Of a stretch of 63,678 bases of DNA, positions 1 through 10,907 are shown in pieces; the first letter of the stretch is position 1, and each line of letters starts with the position of its first letter. A program made the translations under genes and the position numbers. Origin of the DNA: Elusimicrobiota bacterium. Its GTDB lineage: Bacteria; Elusimicrobiota; Elusimicrobia; UBA1565; JACRDR01. The stretch covers positions 1-63,678 of the forward strand of contig JBGFSC010000028.1 in assembly GCA_041694815.1 (NCBI GenBank). The letters run 5' to 3'. Under the pieces are notes generated by a model. The model made no database searches, was not told the DNA's origin, and saw only the letters and a program-made list of their open reading frames with translations.

Positions 1-569
1 GCCGCTCCGAGGAGCGCCGGCCCGCCCCGAGGCATGACTCGCGCCGCCGGCCGGCTCCCGCTCGCCCGCCCGCGGCCAAGCCCGTGCAGACCCAGCCGCC
101 GCCGGACACGGCGAAGGCCTGCGCCGAGACCAAGGCGTGGCTCGAGGAGCTCTTTAAGGCAATGGGCTTCTCGGGCACGATCACGCCTTCCTGGGACGCC
201 GCGCAGATGCGCGTGCGCGCCGACGTGCAGAGCCCCGAGCAGGAGCTGCTCATCGGCAAGGAGGGCAAGACCCTGCAGTCCCTGCAATTCTTGACTACCC
301 TGGTCGTCAGCCGGCGCCTGCAGACGCCCGTCGCGGTGCAGGTGGAGACGGCGGACTTCTGGAAACAGAAGGAGGAGGACACGCTGGTCCAGGTGCATCA
401 GGCGATCGAAGAGGTCAAGAGGACCGGCCGCCTGGTCCGTCTCCAGCCAATGGACGCGGCCCTCAGGAGGATGGTGCACCGCAGCCTGGCGTCGAGCCCC
501 GACGTCGAAACCGTCTCCGAGGGAGAGGGCGCCTGGCGGAAAATCGTATTGCGTCCCAAGAAGCGCTGA
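1..569 (+). CDS. jag: Jag/KhpB (EloR) RNA-binding protein, KH + R3H domains; frame is open to the window edge so probably 5'-partial
   Basis: LLIGKEGKTLQSLQFL KH motif; R3H RRMVH..TVSEGEG..RKIV; directly upstream of mnmE. Confidence 0.9.
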   Translation, partial: RSEERRPAPRHDSRRRPAPARPPAAKPVQTQPPPDTAKACAETKAWLEELFKAMGFSGTITPSWDAAQMRVRADVQSPEQELLIGKEGKTLQSLQFLTTLVVSRRLQTPVAVQVETADFWKQKEEDTLVQVHQAIEEVKRTGRLVRLQPMDAALRRMVHRSLASSPDVETVSEGEGAWRKIVLRPKKR

Positions 570-580
570 ACGGCCCGCCC

Positions 581-1963
581 GTGGGCGCCGAGCTGATCGC
601 CGCCTTGGCCACTCCCCCGGAGGGAGGGGCGCTGGGAATTCTTCGCTTGAGCGGAGCCGGCTGCCGCGAGGCCTGCCGGCTCTTCTTGAGCGCCTTCCCG
701 GGACAGCCGCGGCGGGTGACGCGGGCGACAGCCCACGAGCGGGGCCGCCCCTTGGACGAAGTCCTGGTCACCTACTTCGCCGCCCCAGAAAGCTACACCG
801 GAGAGGACTGCGTCGAGATCACCGCCCACGGCTCGCCGTTCATCCTCTCCTCGCTGCTGCGGCTGGCCTTGGCCTCGGGGGCTCGGCCCGCCTCCCCGGG
901 GGAATTCACCTTGCGGGCTTTCTTAAACGGCCGCATGGACCTGGCCCAGGCGGAAGCCGTGGGAGCGTTGATCGCCGCGCGCACGGAGTCGGCCCACCGT
1001 GCGGCCCTCGATCATCTCCAAGGAGGCCTCTCGCGCCGGATCCAGGAGCTTCGCGGCTGCCTGCTGCGGCTCTTGGCTCACGTGGAGGCTTCCATCGACC
1101 ACCCGGAGGAGGAAATCCCAGAGCTCTCCGAATCGCGTCTCTCCGAACAGATCGCCGAGCTGCGCCGTGGGCTCGGCCGCCTCCTCGAAAGCCATCGTTT
1201 TGGCCGGCTCGCCGTCGAGGGAGCCCGCGTGGCGATCGTCGGGCGCCCCAACGTCGGCAAGTCCAGCCTACTCAACGCCCTGTTGGGCCGCGAGCGGGCC
1301 ATCGTCGCCGAAGAGCCGGGCACGACCCGGGATACATTGGAAGAGCCCGCCGATCTCCTCGGCCTCAGGACGCTGCTCATCGATACCGCGGGCATCCGCG
1401 AAAAGCCACCCGACCCGGTGGAAGCGGAAGGCATGCGCCGCGCGCGCCTGGCGCTGGAGCGCTCCGACATGGCCCTCATCGTGCTCGACCGCTCTCGCCC
1501 CGTCACGGCGGAGGACTGGGATCTAGTCGGCTCCGCTCTCGGGGAGGGGGGAAAGCGCCCGGCGATCGTGGCCCTCAACAAATCCGATCTCCCCGCGCGG
1601 GTATCCCCCGCGCAGCTCTTGGGGGATTGGGCATGCCGCAGGAGCGGAGAAAGGCCGCCGAGCCTCGTCGAGGTCTCGGCCCTTTCGGGAGCCGGGATTC
1701 GTTCCCTAGCCGAACGGCTCTCCGCGGTGCTCTCCGGCGGCGGCTCGGAGCCGGAATCAAGCGTGGTAACCTCGCTGCGCCACTACAACTCCTTGAAGGA
1801 GGCCGACGAGGCCCTCTTTCGAGCCGCAGAATCCCTCCGGAACCCGGAGCTTGCGGCGGTCCCATTGAGGGAGGCCCTCGGCCTCCTGGGTTCCATCCTC
1901 GGCGAAAACGTCGACGCCGACGTGCTCGCGGAAATATTCTCCAGGTTTTGCGTCGGCAAATGA
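581..1963 (+). CDS. mnmE: tRNA modification GTPase MnmE
   Basis: GRPNVGKSS, PGTTRD, DTAG, NKSD, C-terminal FSRFCVGK. Confidence 0.97.
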   Translation: MGAELIAALATPPEGGALGILRLSGAGCREACRLFLSAFPGQPRRVTRATAHERGRPLDEVLVTYFAAPESYTGEDCVEITAHGSPFILSSLLRLALASGARPASPGEFTLRAFLNGRMDLAQAEAVGALIAARTESAHRAALDHLQGGLSRRIQELRGCLLRLLAHVEASIDHPEEEIPELSESRLSEQIAELRRGLGRLLESHRFGRLAVEGARVAIVGRPNVGKSSLLNALLGRERAIVAEEPGTTRDTLEEPADLLGLRTLLIDTAGIREKPPDPVEAEGMRRARLALERSDMALIVLDRSRPVTAEDWDLVGSALGEGGKRPAIVALNKSDLPARVSPAQLLGDWACRRSGERPPSLVEVSALSGAGIRSLAERLSAVLSGGGSEPESSVVTSLRHYNSLKEADEALFRAAESLRNPELAAVPLREALGLLGSILGENVDADVLAEIFSRFCVGK

Positions 1964-3159
1964 GCGACCCAGCCCGCTCCGCCTTCGGCGTCCTGCTGGT
2001 GATCAACCTGCTCAATTACCTCGACCGGCAGATCCTCTACGCCCTGCTGCCCTTGATCAAGGCCGAGTTCTCGCTTTCCGACGCCCGGCTGGGGGCGCTC
2101 GGTTCCGCCTTCATGCTGGTCTACATGTGCGCGGCCCCTCCGATCGGCTATTGGGCCGACCGCAGCTCCCGGACGCGCTGGATCGCCTCGGGCGTGGCCC
2201 TCTGGAGCCTGGCGACCTTGCTCTCGGGACGCGCGGCCAATTACGCGCAATTGTTTTTGGCCAGGGCCGCGGTGGGCATCGGCGAGTCCTGCTACGGGAG
2301 CGTCTCCCCCTCCTTCATCGCGGAATACTGCCCGCCGGAGCGTCGCGCGCGGGTCCTGGCTATGTTCTCGATGGCTATCCCCGTCGGCTCGGCCTTGGGT
2401 TATATCCTAGGCGGACTCGTCGGGCGCCAGCTCGGCTGGCGCAACGCCTTTTTCATCGCGGGTCTGCCGGGCCTGCTCCTGGCGGCTCTGGCGCTACGCC
2501 TGCGCGATCCCCGCACCGGATCCTCCTTGCCGAACGATCCGCCGCCTTCCTTAGGGGAATATCTTTCCCTCAAGGACAATCCCCGTTACGTCTCCTGCAC
2601 CCTCGCCATGGCCGCGATGACCTTCGGCATGGGCGCCTTGGCGGTTTGGATGCCGACCTTCTACAACCGGGTGTGGGGGATGGACGTAGGCCAATCCGGG
2701 ACCCTTTTCGGCGCGGTAACGGTGTTGGCGGGGCTGCTCGGAAGCCTAGCCGGTGGCTGGCTCGCCGACAGGGCCCTCAAGTTCACCCCCAACGCCTACT
2801 TTCTCGTCTCCGGCATCGGGCTGCTCGCCGCCGTCCCGCTCGGTTTCGCCGCCGTGCTCTCGAGAAATTTCCCGGCCGCGGTCGCCGCCCTGTTCGCGGC
2901 CGAGACCTGCGGCTTCCTCAACATGGGGCCGCTCAACGCCGTCATCGTCTCGAGCACCGAGCCGAGGTTCCGCTCCATGGCCTTCGCCGCCAATATTTTC
3001 ATCATCCATGCCTTGGGCGACGCCGTCAGTCCCGCCGTCATCGGGCGCATCTCGGACGCCGCCGGCCTTTCCAACGCCCTGCTCGTGGCCGTCGGCTTCC
3101 TGGGACTCTCCGGAGCCTTGTGCTTCTTGGGGACGAGATTTTCGAGCCATGCCGCTTAA
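1960..3159 (+). CDS. Spinster-like MFS transporter
   Basis: NLLNYLDRQ, ARAAVGIGE motifs, about 12 hydrophobic segments; ATG overlaps the mnmE stop (ATGA). Confidence 0.85.
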   Translation: MSDPARSAFGVLLVINLLNYLDRQILYALLPLIKAEFSLSDARLGALGSAFMLVYMCAAPPIGYWADRSSRTRWIASGVALWSLATLLSGRAANYAQLFLARAAVGIGESCYGSVSPSFIAEYCPPERRARVLAMFSMAIPVGSALGYILGGLVGRQLGWRNAFFIAGLPGLLLAALALRLRDPRTGSSLPNDPPPSLGEYLSLKDNPRYVSCTLAMAAMTFGMGALAVWMPTFYNRVWGMDVGQSGTLFGAVTVLAGLLGSLAGGWLADRALKFTPNAYFLVSGIGLLAAVPLGFAAVLSRNFPAAVAALFAAETCGFLNMGPLNAVIVSSTEPRFRSMAFAANIFIIHALGDAVSPAVIGRISDAAGLSNALLVAVGFLGLSGALCFLGTRFSSHAA

Positions 3160-3925
3160 AGAGGCTCTTGACCTAGGCCGCCGCTGGCTGCTGTCGCCCC
3201 GATCGGCGATCGACGGCATCCGGGCCGAGCCCAAGCCCTTCGCCCCGGCATTCACCCTCTACACCCTCATCCTGCTCGCCAGCGCGCTGTTTCACTCCTG
3301 GAAACCGGCCGGCTTCCCCCCGATCGCGGGGGAGTACGATCTCGGGCTCGGCCCCGAGCGCGGACTCCCGTTTTGGCTGAGCGTGCAGGCCTACAACCCC
3401 CTTTTGACCGCCTTGTGGCTGCTGCTGCTGAGCGCGCAGGCCGAGCTGCTGCGAGGCCGAAGGCTCGCCCTGCGCCTGTTCGCCTCCGCGGCCTTCGTCC
3501 TCTCGCTACTGCTGCCGATCGCGCTCTACGCTAATCGCCTGCTCCCCAAGCCTCTCTTCGCCGCCCTGGAGGCCGGGCTTTTGGCGGCCCATTGGCCGCT
3601 CGTGCGCTCGCGGCCCCGCGGCCAATGGGCGGAGCTGCTGCTCGTCCTCTGCGGACTGGGCGTCGTCAACCTCGCCCTAACGCCGCTCTTGGCGGCGGCG
3701 GTGCTCCTGGAGTCGGCGGCTTTCTATCACTCCCTCGAGATCGCGGCGTTGTTCTGGGTGCTCGGCTTAGGCTCCTTCGCGGTGGCCCGAGTCGAGCAGT
3801 TGCCGACGCCGCGGGCCTTCGCCGCCCTTTTCCTTTCCCTTCTCGCGCAGATGTTCGCCGTCTTCGCTCTCTACTTCCTCGGGGCGGTGCCCAAGGATAT
3901 ACTCAAGGCCCTCATGACCATATGA
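3149..3925 (+). CDS. Multi-pass membrane protein, unknown function (Yip1-like topology)
   Basis: Hydrophobic ORF filling the gap between the MFS gene and mnmG with overlapping ends. Confidence 0.65.
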   Translation: MPLKEALDLGRRWLLSPRSAIDGIRAEPKPFAPAFTLYTLILLASALFHSWKPAGFPPIAGEYDLGLGPERGLPFWLSVQAYNPLLTALWLLLLSAQAELLRGRRLALRLFASAAFVLSLLLPIALYANRLLPKPLFAALEAGLLAAHWPLVRSRPRGQWAELLLVLCGLGVVNLALTPLLAAAVLLESAAFYHSLEIAALFWVLGLGSFAVARVEQLPTPRAFAALFLSLLAQMFAVFALYFLGAVPKDILKALMTI

Positions 3926-5694
3926 GCTTTCTCTATCCCGAGGGCTATGACGTCATCGTGGTCGGCGCGGGGCATGCCGGCTGCGAGGCGGCCTTGGCGG
4001 CGGCCCGCATGGGCATGCGGACCCTACTGCTTACCCAGAACCTCGACACGATCGCGATGATGTCCTGCAACCCCTCCATCGGCGGCATCGCCAAGGGCCA
4101 GATGGTGCGCGAGATCGACGCCCTCGGCGGCGAGATGGCGCGCAATACCGACCGCAGCGGCCTGCATTTCAAGATGCTCAATACGGGCAAGGGCGCGGCC
4201 GTCCATTCCCCGCGCGCCCAATGCGACAAGAAGGCATACCAGTTTTCCATGAAGGAGACAGTCGAGAACCAGGACCTGCTCGACGCCAAGCAGGACGAGG
4301 CGGCGGGGCTCTGGATGGACGGCAGCCACGTGCGCGGGATCTGCACCAAGCGCGGCACCCGCTACGAGGGTCGCTGCGTCGTGCTGACAACGGGCACCTT
4401 CCTTAAGGGGCTCGCCCATGTCGGCCTCCACGCCTCGCCGGGCGGGCGCGCCGGCGACGCGCCGGCCGATATCCTCTCCGACGATCTGCGCGTCTTGGGC
4501 TTCGAGGTCGCGCGGCTTAAGACCGGTACGCCGATGCGGCTTAACGCCCGCTCCGTCGATTTTTCCCTCTGCGAAACACAACCGGGCGATGAGCCGCCGA
4601 TCCCCTTCTCGTATTCGACGCAGCGTATCGCGCGGCCCCAGCTGCTCTGCCACATCACCCACACTAACGAGCGCACCCATCGCCTCATCCGGGAGAATCT
4701 CGACCGCTCTCCTCTATATACCGGCCGCATACAGGCGATCGGGCCCCGCTATTGCCCCTCCATCGAGGACAAGGTCGTCAAGTTCCCCGACAAGGAGCGC
4801 CACCAGATATTCCTCGAGCCAGAGGGATTCAACACCAGGGAAATCTACGTCAACGGCCTCTTCACCAGCCTTCCCGAGGACGTGCAGCTGCTCTTGGTCC
4901 GCACGATCCGCGGCCTCGAGCGCGCGCAGCTCATGCGTCCCGGCTACGCCGTCGAGTACGATTATTGCCCTCCGACGCAGCTGCACCCCACCCTGGAAAC
5001 CAAGCGGATCGCCGGGCTGTTCTTCGCCGGCCAGATCAACGGTACCACCGGCTACGAGGAGGCCGCCGCGCAGGGACTCTTGGCGGGGATCAATGCCGCG
5101 CTCAAAATCCGCGGCGAGCAGCCCCTCATGCTGGGGCGCGAGGAGGCCTACATCGGCGTGCTCATCGATGATCTCGTGACCAAGGGGGTCGACGAGCCCT
5201 ACCGGATGTTCACCTCCCGCGCCGAGCACCGGCTCCACCTGCGCTCGGGCAACGCGGACCTACGCCTGATGGAGAAGGGGCGCGCCCTGGGCCTGGTGCC
5301 GGAGCCGCTCTTCGAGCGTTTCCGCCGCTATCGGGAGGCGGTCGAGCGGGCCTTGAGCGCGCGCCCGGTCCCGTTTTCCGACGAGGAGCTTTCTCCCTGG
5401 ACGCTCGAGAAGGCGCGGGAGGAGGCGCGCGTGCAGCGCCACTACGGCGGATACATCGCCCGGCAAAGGCGCATGGCCGAGAAGCTCGGCCGGCTCGATC
5501 CGGTCTCGATCCCCCCGGATTTCTCCTTCGAATCGGTGGGGGGGCTTTTGACCGAGTCGCGCCAGAAGCTCTGCCGCATCCGACCGCGCAGCCTGGGGCA
5601 GGCCTCGCGCATACCCGGCGTAACCCCCGCCGACGTGCAGATATTGTGGGTGCATCTGGAGCGCGAGCGCAGGCTCCATGAAAAAACCGCGTGA
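3922..5694 (+). CDS. mnmG: tRNA uridine-5-carboxymethylaminomethyl modification enzyme MnmG (GidA)
   Basis: [49 protein letters not shown]. Confidence 0.97.
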   Translation: MSFLYPEGYDVIVVGAGHAGCEAALAAARMGMRTLLLTQNLDTIAMMSCNPSIGGIAKGQMVREIDALGGEMARNTDRSGLHFKMLNTGKGAAVHSPRAQCDKKAYQFSMKETVENQDLLDAKQDEAAGLWMDGSHVRGICTKRGTRYEGRCVVLTTGTFLKGLAHVGLHASPGGRAGDAPADILSDDLRVLGFEVARLKTGTPMRLNARSVDFSLCETQPGDEPPIPFSYSTQRIARPQLLCHITHTNERTHRLIRENLDRSPLYTGRIQAIGPRYCPSIEDKVVKFPDKERHQIFLEPEGFNTREIYVNGLFTSLPEDVQLLLVRTIRGLERAQLMRPGYAVEYDYCPPTQLHPTLETKRIAGLFFAGQINGTTGYEEAAAQGLLAGINAALKIRGEQPLMLGREEAYIGVLIDDLVTKGVDEPYRMFTSRAEHRLHLRSGNADLRLMEKGRALGLVPEPLFERFRRYREAVERALSARPVPFSDEELSPWTLEKAREEARVQRHYGGYIARQRRMAEKLGRLDPVSIPPDFSFESVGGLLTESRQKLCRIRPRSLGQASRIPGVTPADVQILWVHLERERRLHEKTA

Positions 5695-6347
5695 GCGGCC
5701 GCGAGGAGCTCTCGGACTGGCTTTCCGGCATCCATCTTTCGTTAAATGAGGCGCAGTGGTCCCAACTCGAGACGTATTTGGCGGGGCTTCGGGAGCATAA
5801 CGCGCGCGTGAACCTCACCGCCGAAGCGGAGGGCCTTTGGTGGACGCGGCATATCGCCGACGGCCTGGCCGCCCTCGCGGGGCTTAAGCGCTTGCTGCCC
5901 CACGCGCCCAGCCTCCTGGACCTCGGCGCGGGGGCCGGCTTCGTCGGGATCTCCTTGAAGATTGCCTGGCCCGAATCCTCGATCACGCTCATGGAGTCCT
6001 CCTACCGCAAATTCCAGTTCCTCAATTGGGTCTCGGCCCGGTTGGGGCTCAAGGGGCTCAAGGTGCTCTGGAGGCGCGCCGGGGCCGAAGCCCGAGGGGC
6101 GCAGCCCCTCTTCGACTCCGTCATCCTGCGCGCCGTGGCACCCTTGCCCGAAGCCCTCAAGACCGCCGCTCCCTTGGCCCGCCCGGACGGCGGGGTCGTG
6201 CTCGCCTATCAAAGCGAGCCTCCCGGCCCGGAGGTTCTCGAGAGGGCCTTGGCCGAATCCGGCTGCTCGCTGCGGGAGTCGAGCGCCTACCGTCTGCCGC
6301 GCGAGACGAGGACGCGGAGGCTTCTGTTCTTTAGGAGAAATCGATGA
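5691..6347 (+). CDS. rsmG: 16S rRNA m7G527 methyltransferase RsmG (GidB)
   Basis: [21 protein letters not shown] motif, RAV; follows mnmG. Confidence 0.92.
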   Translation: MSGREELSDWLSGIHLSLNEAQWSQLETYLAGLREHNARVNLTAEAEGLWWTRHIADGLAALAGLKRLLPHAPSLLDLGAGAGFVGISLKIAWPESSITLMESSYRKFQFLNWVSARLGLKGLKVLWRRAGAEARGAQPLFDSVILRAVAPLPEALKTAAPLARPDGGVVLAYQSEPPGPEVLERALAESGCSLRESSAYRLPRETRTRRLLFFRRNR

Positions 6348-6844
6348 ACCTGCTCAACCGCTATTTCTCTCCCTTCGCCGCCCTGCTGATCAGCTCGGCG
6401 GTCTATTTCGGCGAACCCGACCGGCGCACGCAGCTGCTCGCCCTCTGCGTGTTCTTCGCCTCCATGCTGGTGAACTGGTGGCTAGCCTCCAACACCTACC
6501 GCTTCGTGGGCTGGGCCAACCGGCTCAAGACCCTGCAGATCTGGCTCAATTTTTTCTGGGCCGTGCCCCTGTTCTTCCTCTTGGGAGGTTTCTGGGGCCC
6601 CATGTGGCTTCTCTTCGTCATGGCCCCGGTCACCGCCGCGCTCTATTCGGGCCGCGGGCAGACTCTGGCGACGGCGCTCGTCGCCGCTTCTACGATGCTG
6701 ACCCTCTATTGGCTGCGGGGCCTAGAGGGGAGCGTGGCCTGGGGGATGGCCTTCATCCACGCCGCCTTCATCGTGCTCATGAGCCTGTTCACTTACTCGC
6801 TCGCCCAGACCGCTCTCCGTTTGCGGGATTTAAACGTTCAATAA
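6344..6844 (+). CDS. Small integral membrane protein (about 5 TM), resembles a stand-alone membrane sensor domain
   Basis: SD-like AGGAG upstream, ATGA overlap, hydrophobic helices. Confidence 0.7.
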   Translation: MNLLNRYFSPFAALLISSAVYFGEPDRRTQLLALCVFFASMLVNWWLASNTYRFVGWANRLKTLQIWLNFFWAVPLFFLLGGFWGPMWLLFVMAPVTAALYSGRGQTLATALVAASTMLTLYWLRGLEGSVAWGMAFIHAAFIVLMSLFTYSLAQTALRLRDLNVQ

Positions 6845-6993
6845 GTCCTCTTTTCCTGGACGCGAGGTCCCAAAAGGCCTAGCGCCCTATTAGGCCCTTA
6901 GCCTCTCGGCGAGCACGCCTTAATCCATCACACTATTGGGAGTTTTAGGAGACTTATTTCGGGCAAACTATAGCGGCCGAGCGTTGGGAATTG

Positions 6994-7746
6994 ATGAAAA
7001 ACGGAGCGTTCATGGCGTTGCTTGCCGTGTTGGGTCCGGCGTTTGCCGCTGCGGAACTCGCCACGCAGGACATCGACGCCCAAGCCCTGTCCCGGCTATT
7101 CGACGGCGAGGCAAGGCAAGTCTCGGCTCCTGCTATCGATGTATCGATCGAAAAGACTCAATTGGGGAAGGGATGGGGCCTCACAGGACCCTCCAAGCCG
7201 ACGAGCGCCATTCCAGCTCCGCAGCCGCCGCCCAAAAGTCCGATAAAAGCGGTTTTGAGAAAGATTGTCGGCTCCCAGCTCGCGTACCGAGCCACAGCTC
7301 TGGTGTTTGTGTTCGCGCCCTTTGGAGCTACGGGCGCCCTCGCGCTGTCTTTAGGTGACAATCGATTTTATTTTTTAGGGGCGATGGGCGCTATCTCAGC
7401 TGTCGTCGGTTCGATCGCTACCTGGCAAGACACGCGTAAATGGTTTGACACGCTTGCCTACGGGCTTTTAGGTGGATTCATGTTGGGTGTCTGTTGTTTG
7501 ATCCCGACGACGTTGATGGCCGTAGTGACTCCGGGAATGCTTTCGAAATTTCGAGCCTTCCTGCTATACAACCTATTGCGCGATAATGCGCAGCCCAGGC
7601 TGATTGTTTCAGAGGAACAGAAACGCGAGTTGCTCGACTCGTTAAATCAGGGGAAGGCGGATATCACGGATTTGGCCGAATCGACAGAATCCGACCCCTC
7701 TGACTCCGGGAATCCCGAGAAGGCTGCGGATCGCTTTAAGTTGTGA
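6994..7746 (+). CDS. Hypothetical signal-peptide/membrane protein, AT-richer than its neighbours
   Basis: 250-aa ORF with AFA-A signal-like N-terminus and about 3 TM segments. Confidence 0.6.
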   Translation: MKNGAFMALLAVLGPAFAAAELATQDIDAQALSRLFDGEARQVSAPAIDVSIEKTQLGKGWGLTGPSKPTSAIPAPQPPPKSPIKAVLRKIVGSQLAYRATALVFVFAPFGATGALALSLGDNRFYFLGAMGAISAVVGSIATWQDTRKWFDTLAYGLLGGFMLGVCCLIPTTLMAVVTPGMLSKFRAFLLYNLLRDNAQPRLIVSEEQKRELLDSLNQGKADITDLAESTESDPSDSGNPEKAADRFKL

Positions 7747-7871
7747 GGCGTTTTACCGGCATCGCTTTGACGTATCGATGTCGAATGCCAAAACCGCCAC
7801 TCTCTTTGAGTTCTCATTGAATTCCGTCGGAAACCTGCTATATTTATGGGAGCGTCCAAGTCCCGTCATTC

Positions 7872-8966
7872 ATGGATATTTTCGCGAGGCTCCGCGTCGC
7901 GCTCTGGGCCCTGGTGCTCTCCCTTTGGGCGACCATGCTCTACCAGTTCTGGCGCGAGGAGGAGGCCTTAGCGCCCCCGCGGATGCAATGGGTTTCCAAC
8001 CCCTTTCCCAGGCCCGAGTCCCCGAAGCCCGCGGCGGTCCCGGGTACCCCGCCCACGCTCGAGGGCCCGTGGGAGCAGACCGAACGGGTCCTGGCGACAG
8101 CTCCGCCGCCGGGCAACTTCATCAAGCCCGTCATCCCCAAGGAAATAGCCCCGCTGAGAAGGCAACGCCCGATCCCCAAGTCCCTGCGCCGGCACGAGCA
8201 GCTGCCGGTCGACGAAGCCGCCGCTCCCCAGGGATTCCGCCACCAGCGCCTGGCTCATTTCAACGTCTATTCCGAGGGTTCTCCCGCCTCGGAGGAGTTC
8301 CTCGCCGCCCTAGAGAATCTCTACTCCAACCTGATGATCGACTTGGCCGCCTTCTCTCCCTGGGCCCAGGAGGAGCGCGTGTCGATCTTTCTCTTCCGGA
8401 ACCAGAATAGCTACCGCCGCGTCACGGGAAGGCCCGCCTGGTCGGGGGGAGCCAGCTCCGTCTCCAAGCGCAAGATTTACCTTTACGAAAGCGACGAGCT
8501 GTTGGGAATACTGGCCCATGAGCTCTGCCATATTTATTTCGATGGTTTCTTCAATTCGGGGAAGACGAATCCCCTCTGGTTGAGCGAAGGCCTGGCAACC
8601 TTGGTTCAGGTCGAACGCGGGCTGGCCAAGCCGAACTGGCTGCCCGAGAATCTGGAAGTACTGGCCCACGGCGGAGGCTACAACTTCGAGGACTTAATGA
8701 AGGTCGAGGACACCTCCGGGGCCAACGACGACAATGTCCGGCTCTGGTACACCCAGTCCTACAGCATCGTGCGCTTTTTGGTGCGCTCGCAATGGAAGTC
8801 CTCCTTCTACCACTTCTGCCGGCACCTGCGCGACGGGCGGCCGATACAGGAAGCTCTGCTGTTGGCCTACGGCATGCCCTTCAACCGGCTCAAGGCCTTG
8901 GAATACGTGTGGCGCTACGACATCCAGACCCGCCGCATCACCGACCTTAAGACCGCCGCCCAGTAA
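7872..8966 (+). CDS. Membrane-anchored gluzincin (peptidase MA-like) metalloprotease
   Basis: N-terminal TM, Pro-rich linker, AHELCH (HExxH) plus WLSEGLA third ligand. Confidence 0.75.
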   Translation: MDIFARLRVALWALVLSLWATMLYQFWREEEALAPPRMQWVSNPFPRPESPKPAAVPGTPPTLEGPWEQTERVLATAPPPGNFIKPVIPKEIAPLRRQRPIPKSLRRHEQLPVDEAAAPQGFRHQRLAHFNVYSEGSPASEEFLAALENLYSNLMIDLAAFSPWAQEERVSIFLFRNQNSYRRVTGRPAWSGGASSVSKRKIYLYESDELLGILAHELCHIYFDGFFNSGKTNPLWLSEGLATLVQVERGLAKPNWLPENLEVLAHGGGYNFEDLMKVEDTSGANDDNVRLWYTQSYSIVRFLVRSQWKSSFYHFCRHLRDGRPIQEALLLAYGMPFNRLKALEYVWRYDIQTRRITDLKTAAQ

Positions 8967-10129
8967 TGCTAGAATGCTTCCGCATGCCCTCCTCCTGGCA
9001 TTGGTGGCTGCTGCTTCCCATCGGCCTTTCCTGGGGCTATTGGATCGCGGTTGCCGTGCTGCTGGCGTTGTTCATGCGCCGGCGCCCTCCGACCCCTAAG
9101 GCCTCCTACCGGCCCTCGGTGTCCTTGATCAAGCCGGTCTGCGGGCTGGAAAAGGAACTCTTCGAGAACCTTTCCACCGCCTGCCTCCAGGATTATCCCG
9201 ACTACGAGGTAATCTTCGCTCTGCAGGATCCCAAGGACCCGGCCCTGGCCGTAGTCCAGCGCGTGCAGGGCGAGCATCCCGACCGGCGCGTGTCGGTGAT
9301 CGTCGACCCCTCCAGCGCCGGGCCCAATGGGCGCCTCTGCAATATACTCAACGCCACGCGCCGGGCCAAGGGGGAAGCGCTCGTCTTCTCCGACAGCGAC
9401 ATGCGGCTGGCCCCCGATTACCTTAAACGCATGGTCGACGGACTGGCCGATCCGCGCGTCGGGGTGGTTTGCACCCTTTACCGCGCGCGGGGAGCAACCA
9501 ATCTCTACGAATCCATGGAGCTTCTCTCGCTCAACGTGGAGTTCGTCCCCTCGATGGCCTTCGCCGTCACGACCGGGATTTCCCTCGCCTGCCCGGGAGC
9601 CTCGCAGGCCCTGCGCCGCGAGACGCTGGGTCGCATCGGGGGCTTGGAACCCCTGGCCCATTGCCTCGTGGAGGATTTCGAGCTGGGGCGCCGCGCCGTG
9701 GACGCGGGGCTGGAGGTTCGCATGCTCCCCTATGTCGCCGAGTCGGGCGTCGACCTACGCGATTTCAAGGCCTGGTGGAAGCATCAGGTCTATTGGGACC
9801 AGAACACGCGCGCCGCCAGCCCCGTCGGGTTTTTCTTCACCTGGCTTATCCGCGGTGTCCCGCTGGCCTGCCTGCTCTGCCTGCTAGACGCGGCGCAATT
9901 CTTTCTCGTCCTGCCCGCCACCGTCGCCCTGCGCCTGACGACGGCGGCAGCGTCGCTGCGCGTACTCGGCGACGTCGAGGGGCTTTGGAAGCTGTGGCTG
10001 CTGCCCCTGCGCGATTTGGCCGGGGTTTTCGTATGGCTGGCCAGCTTCGTGCAACGCAAGGTGTATTGGAAAGGCCGGGTGTTCGTCCTGCAGGGTGGAC
10101 GTATGGTGGAGGCGGCCGCGGCCCGATGA
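8966..10129 (+). CDS. HpnI-like / ceramide glucosyltransferase (GT2/GT21 family)
   Basis: VSLIKPVCGLE, FSDSD, LVEDFELG, terminal TM segments and VYWKGR. Confidence 0.85.
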   Translation: MLECFRMPSSWHWWLLLPIGLSWGYWIAVAVLLALFMRRRPPTPKASYRPSVSLIKPVCGLEKELFENLSTACLQDYPDYEVIFALQDPKDPALAVVQRVQGEHPDRRVSVIVDPSSAGPNGRLCNILNATRRAKGEALVFSDSDMRLAPDYLKRMVDGLADPRVGVVCTLYRARGATNLYESMELLSLNVEFVPSMAFAVTTGISLACPGASQALRRETLGRIGGLEPLAHCLVEDFELGRRAVDAGLEVRMLPYVAESGVDLRDFKAWWKHQVYWDQNTRAASPVGFFFTWLIRGVPLACLLCLLDAAQFFLVLPATVALRLTTAAASLRVLGDVEGLWKLWLLPLRDLAGVFVWLASFVQRKVYWKGRVFVLQGGRMVEAAAAR

Positions 10130-10515
10130 TACTCGTCACCGCGGTGCTTTGGACCTCGGTGTTCTGCTCCGCGCTCGGCAACATCCTGACCCGGCGCGGG
10201 ATGAGCCGGCTCGGCCCGCTAGAGGACTTTAAGCCCGTGGCCCTACTGCGCTACGCCCTGGCGGCGGTTTCCAATCCCTTTGTGCTGGCCGGAGTCGCCA
10301 TCAATTTCCTCCAGTTCCTGATATGGCTCGTGGTCCTTTCCTGGGCCGAGGTGAGCTGGGCCCTGCCGATGAACGCCGTCGAATACGTCGCGGTCGCCTT
10401 CCTGGCCTGGCGCTGGCTCGGTGAGAAGCTCGAGCCCCGTCGCCTGGCCGGCATCGGCTTGGTCAGCGTCGGGGTGCTGCTAATCATGCTCTCCTGGCGG
10501 GGGCCGTCAGGATGA
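10126..10515 (+). CDS. Half-size EamA/DMT transporter (ArnE/F-like flippase subunit)
   Basis: 4 TM, VSWALPMNAVEY..LGEKL..RLAGIGLV. Confidence 0.8.
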   Translation: MILVTAVLWTSVFCSALGNILTRRGMSRLGPLEDFKPVALLRYALAAVSNPFVLAGVAINFLQFLIWLVVLSWAEVSWALPMNAVEYVAVAFLAWRWLGEKLEPRRLAGIGLVSVGVLLIMLSWRGPSG

Positions 10516-10907
10516 TACGAGCCTCCCTGTTCGTGCTCCTTTCGGTGCTCTGCGGCGCGGCGGGTAACCTGTGCCTTAAGGAGGGGATGAATGGCGTAGG
10601 TGAGCTGGCCAGCGCCGCGCCCTTGGCACTTGTCGAATTCTTCGCGGACGCCGCTTTAAACCCCTGGATCTGGCTGGGGATACTCTTTGAGATCGCCTAT
10701 TCCCTGCTTTGGCTGGCGGTGCTTTCCTGGTCCGAAGTGAGCTGGGCGGTCCCGATGAATGCGGTGGAATACGTTCTCGTGGGCGTGGCCGCTTCCTTTT
10801 TCCTTGGGGAGCCGGTGGGAGCGCTCCGCTGGACGGGCATCGCCCTGGTATCCGTCGGGTTGTACCTGCTGGCGGGTTCTTGGAAACCCGGCACTCAGGC
10901 GGCCTGA
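10512..10907 (+). CDS. Half-size EamA/DMT transporter (ArnE/F-like flippase subunit), paralog of the preceding gene
   Basis: VSWAVPMNAVEY..LGEPV..RWTGIALV. Confidence 0.8.
   Translation: MIRASLFVLLSVLCGAAGNLCLKEGMNGVGELASAAPLALVEFFADAALNPWIWLGILFEIAYSLLWLAVLSWSEVSWAVPMNAVEYVLVGVAASFFLGEPVGALRWTGIALVSVGLYLLAGSWKPGTQAA

Noticed and set aside
6845..6990. Possible oriC near mnmG/rsmG
   Set aside because: No clustered DnaA boxes (TTATCCACA) or clear DUE seen.
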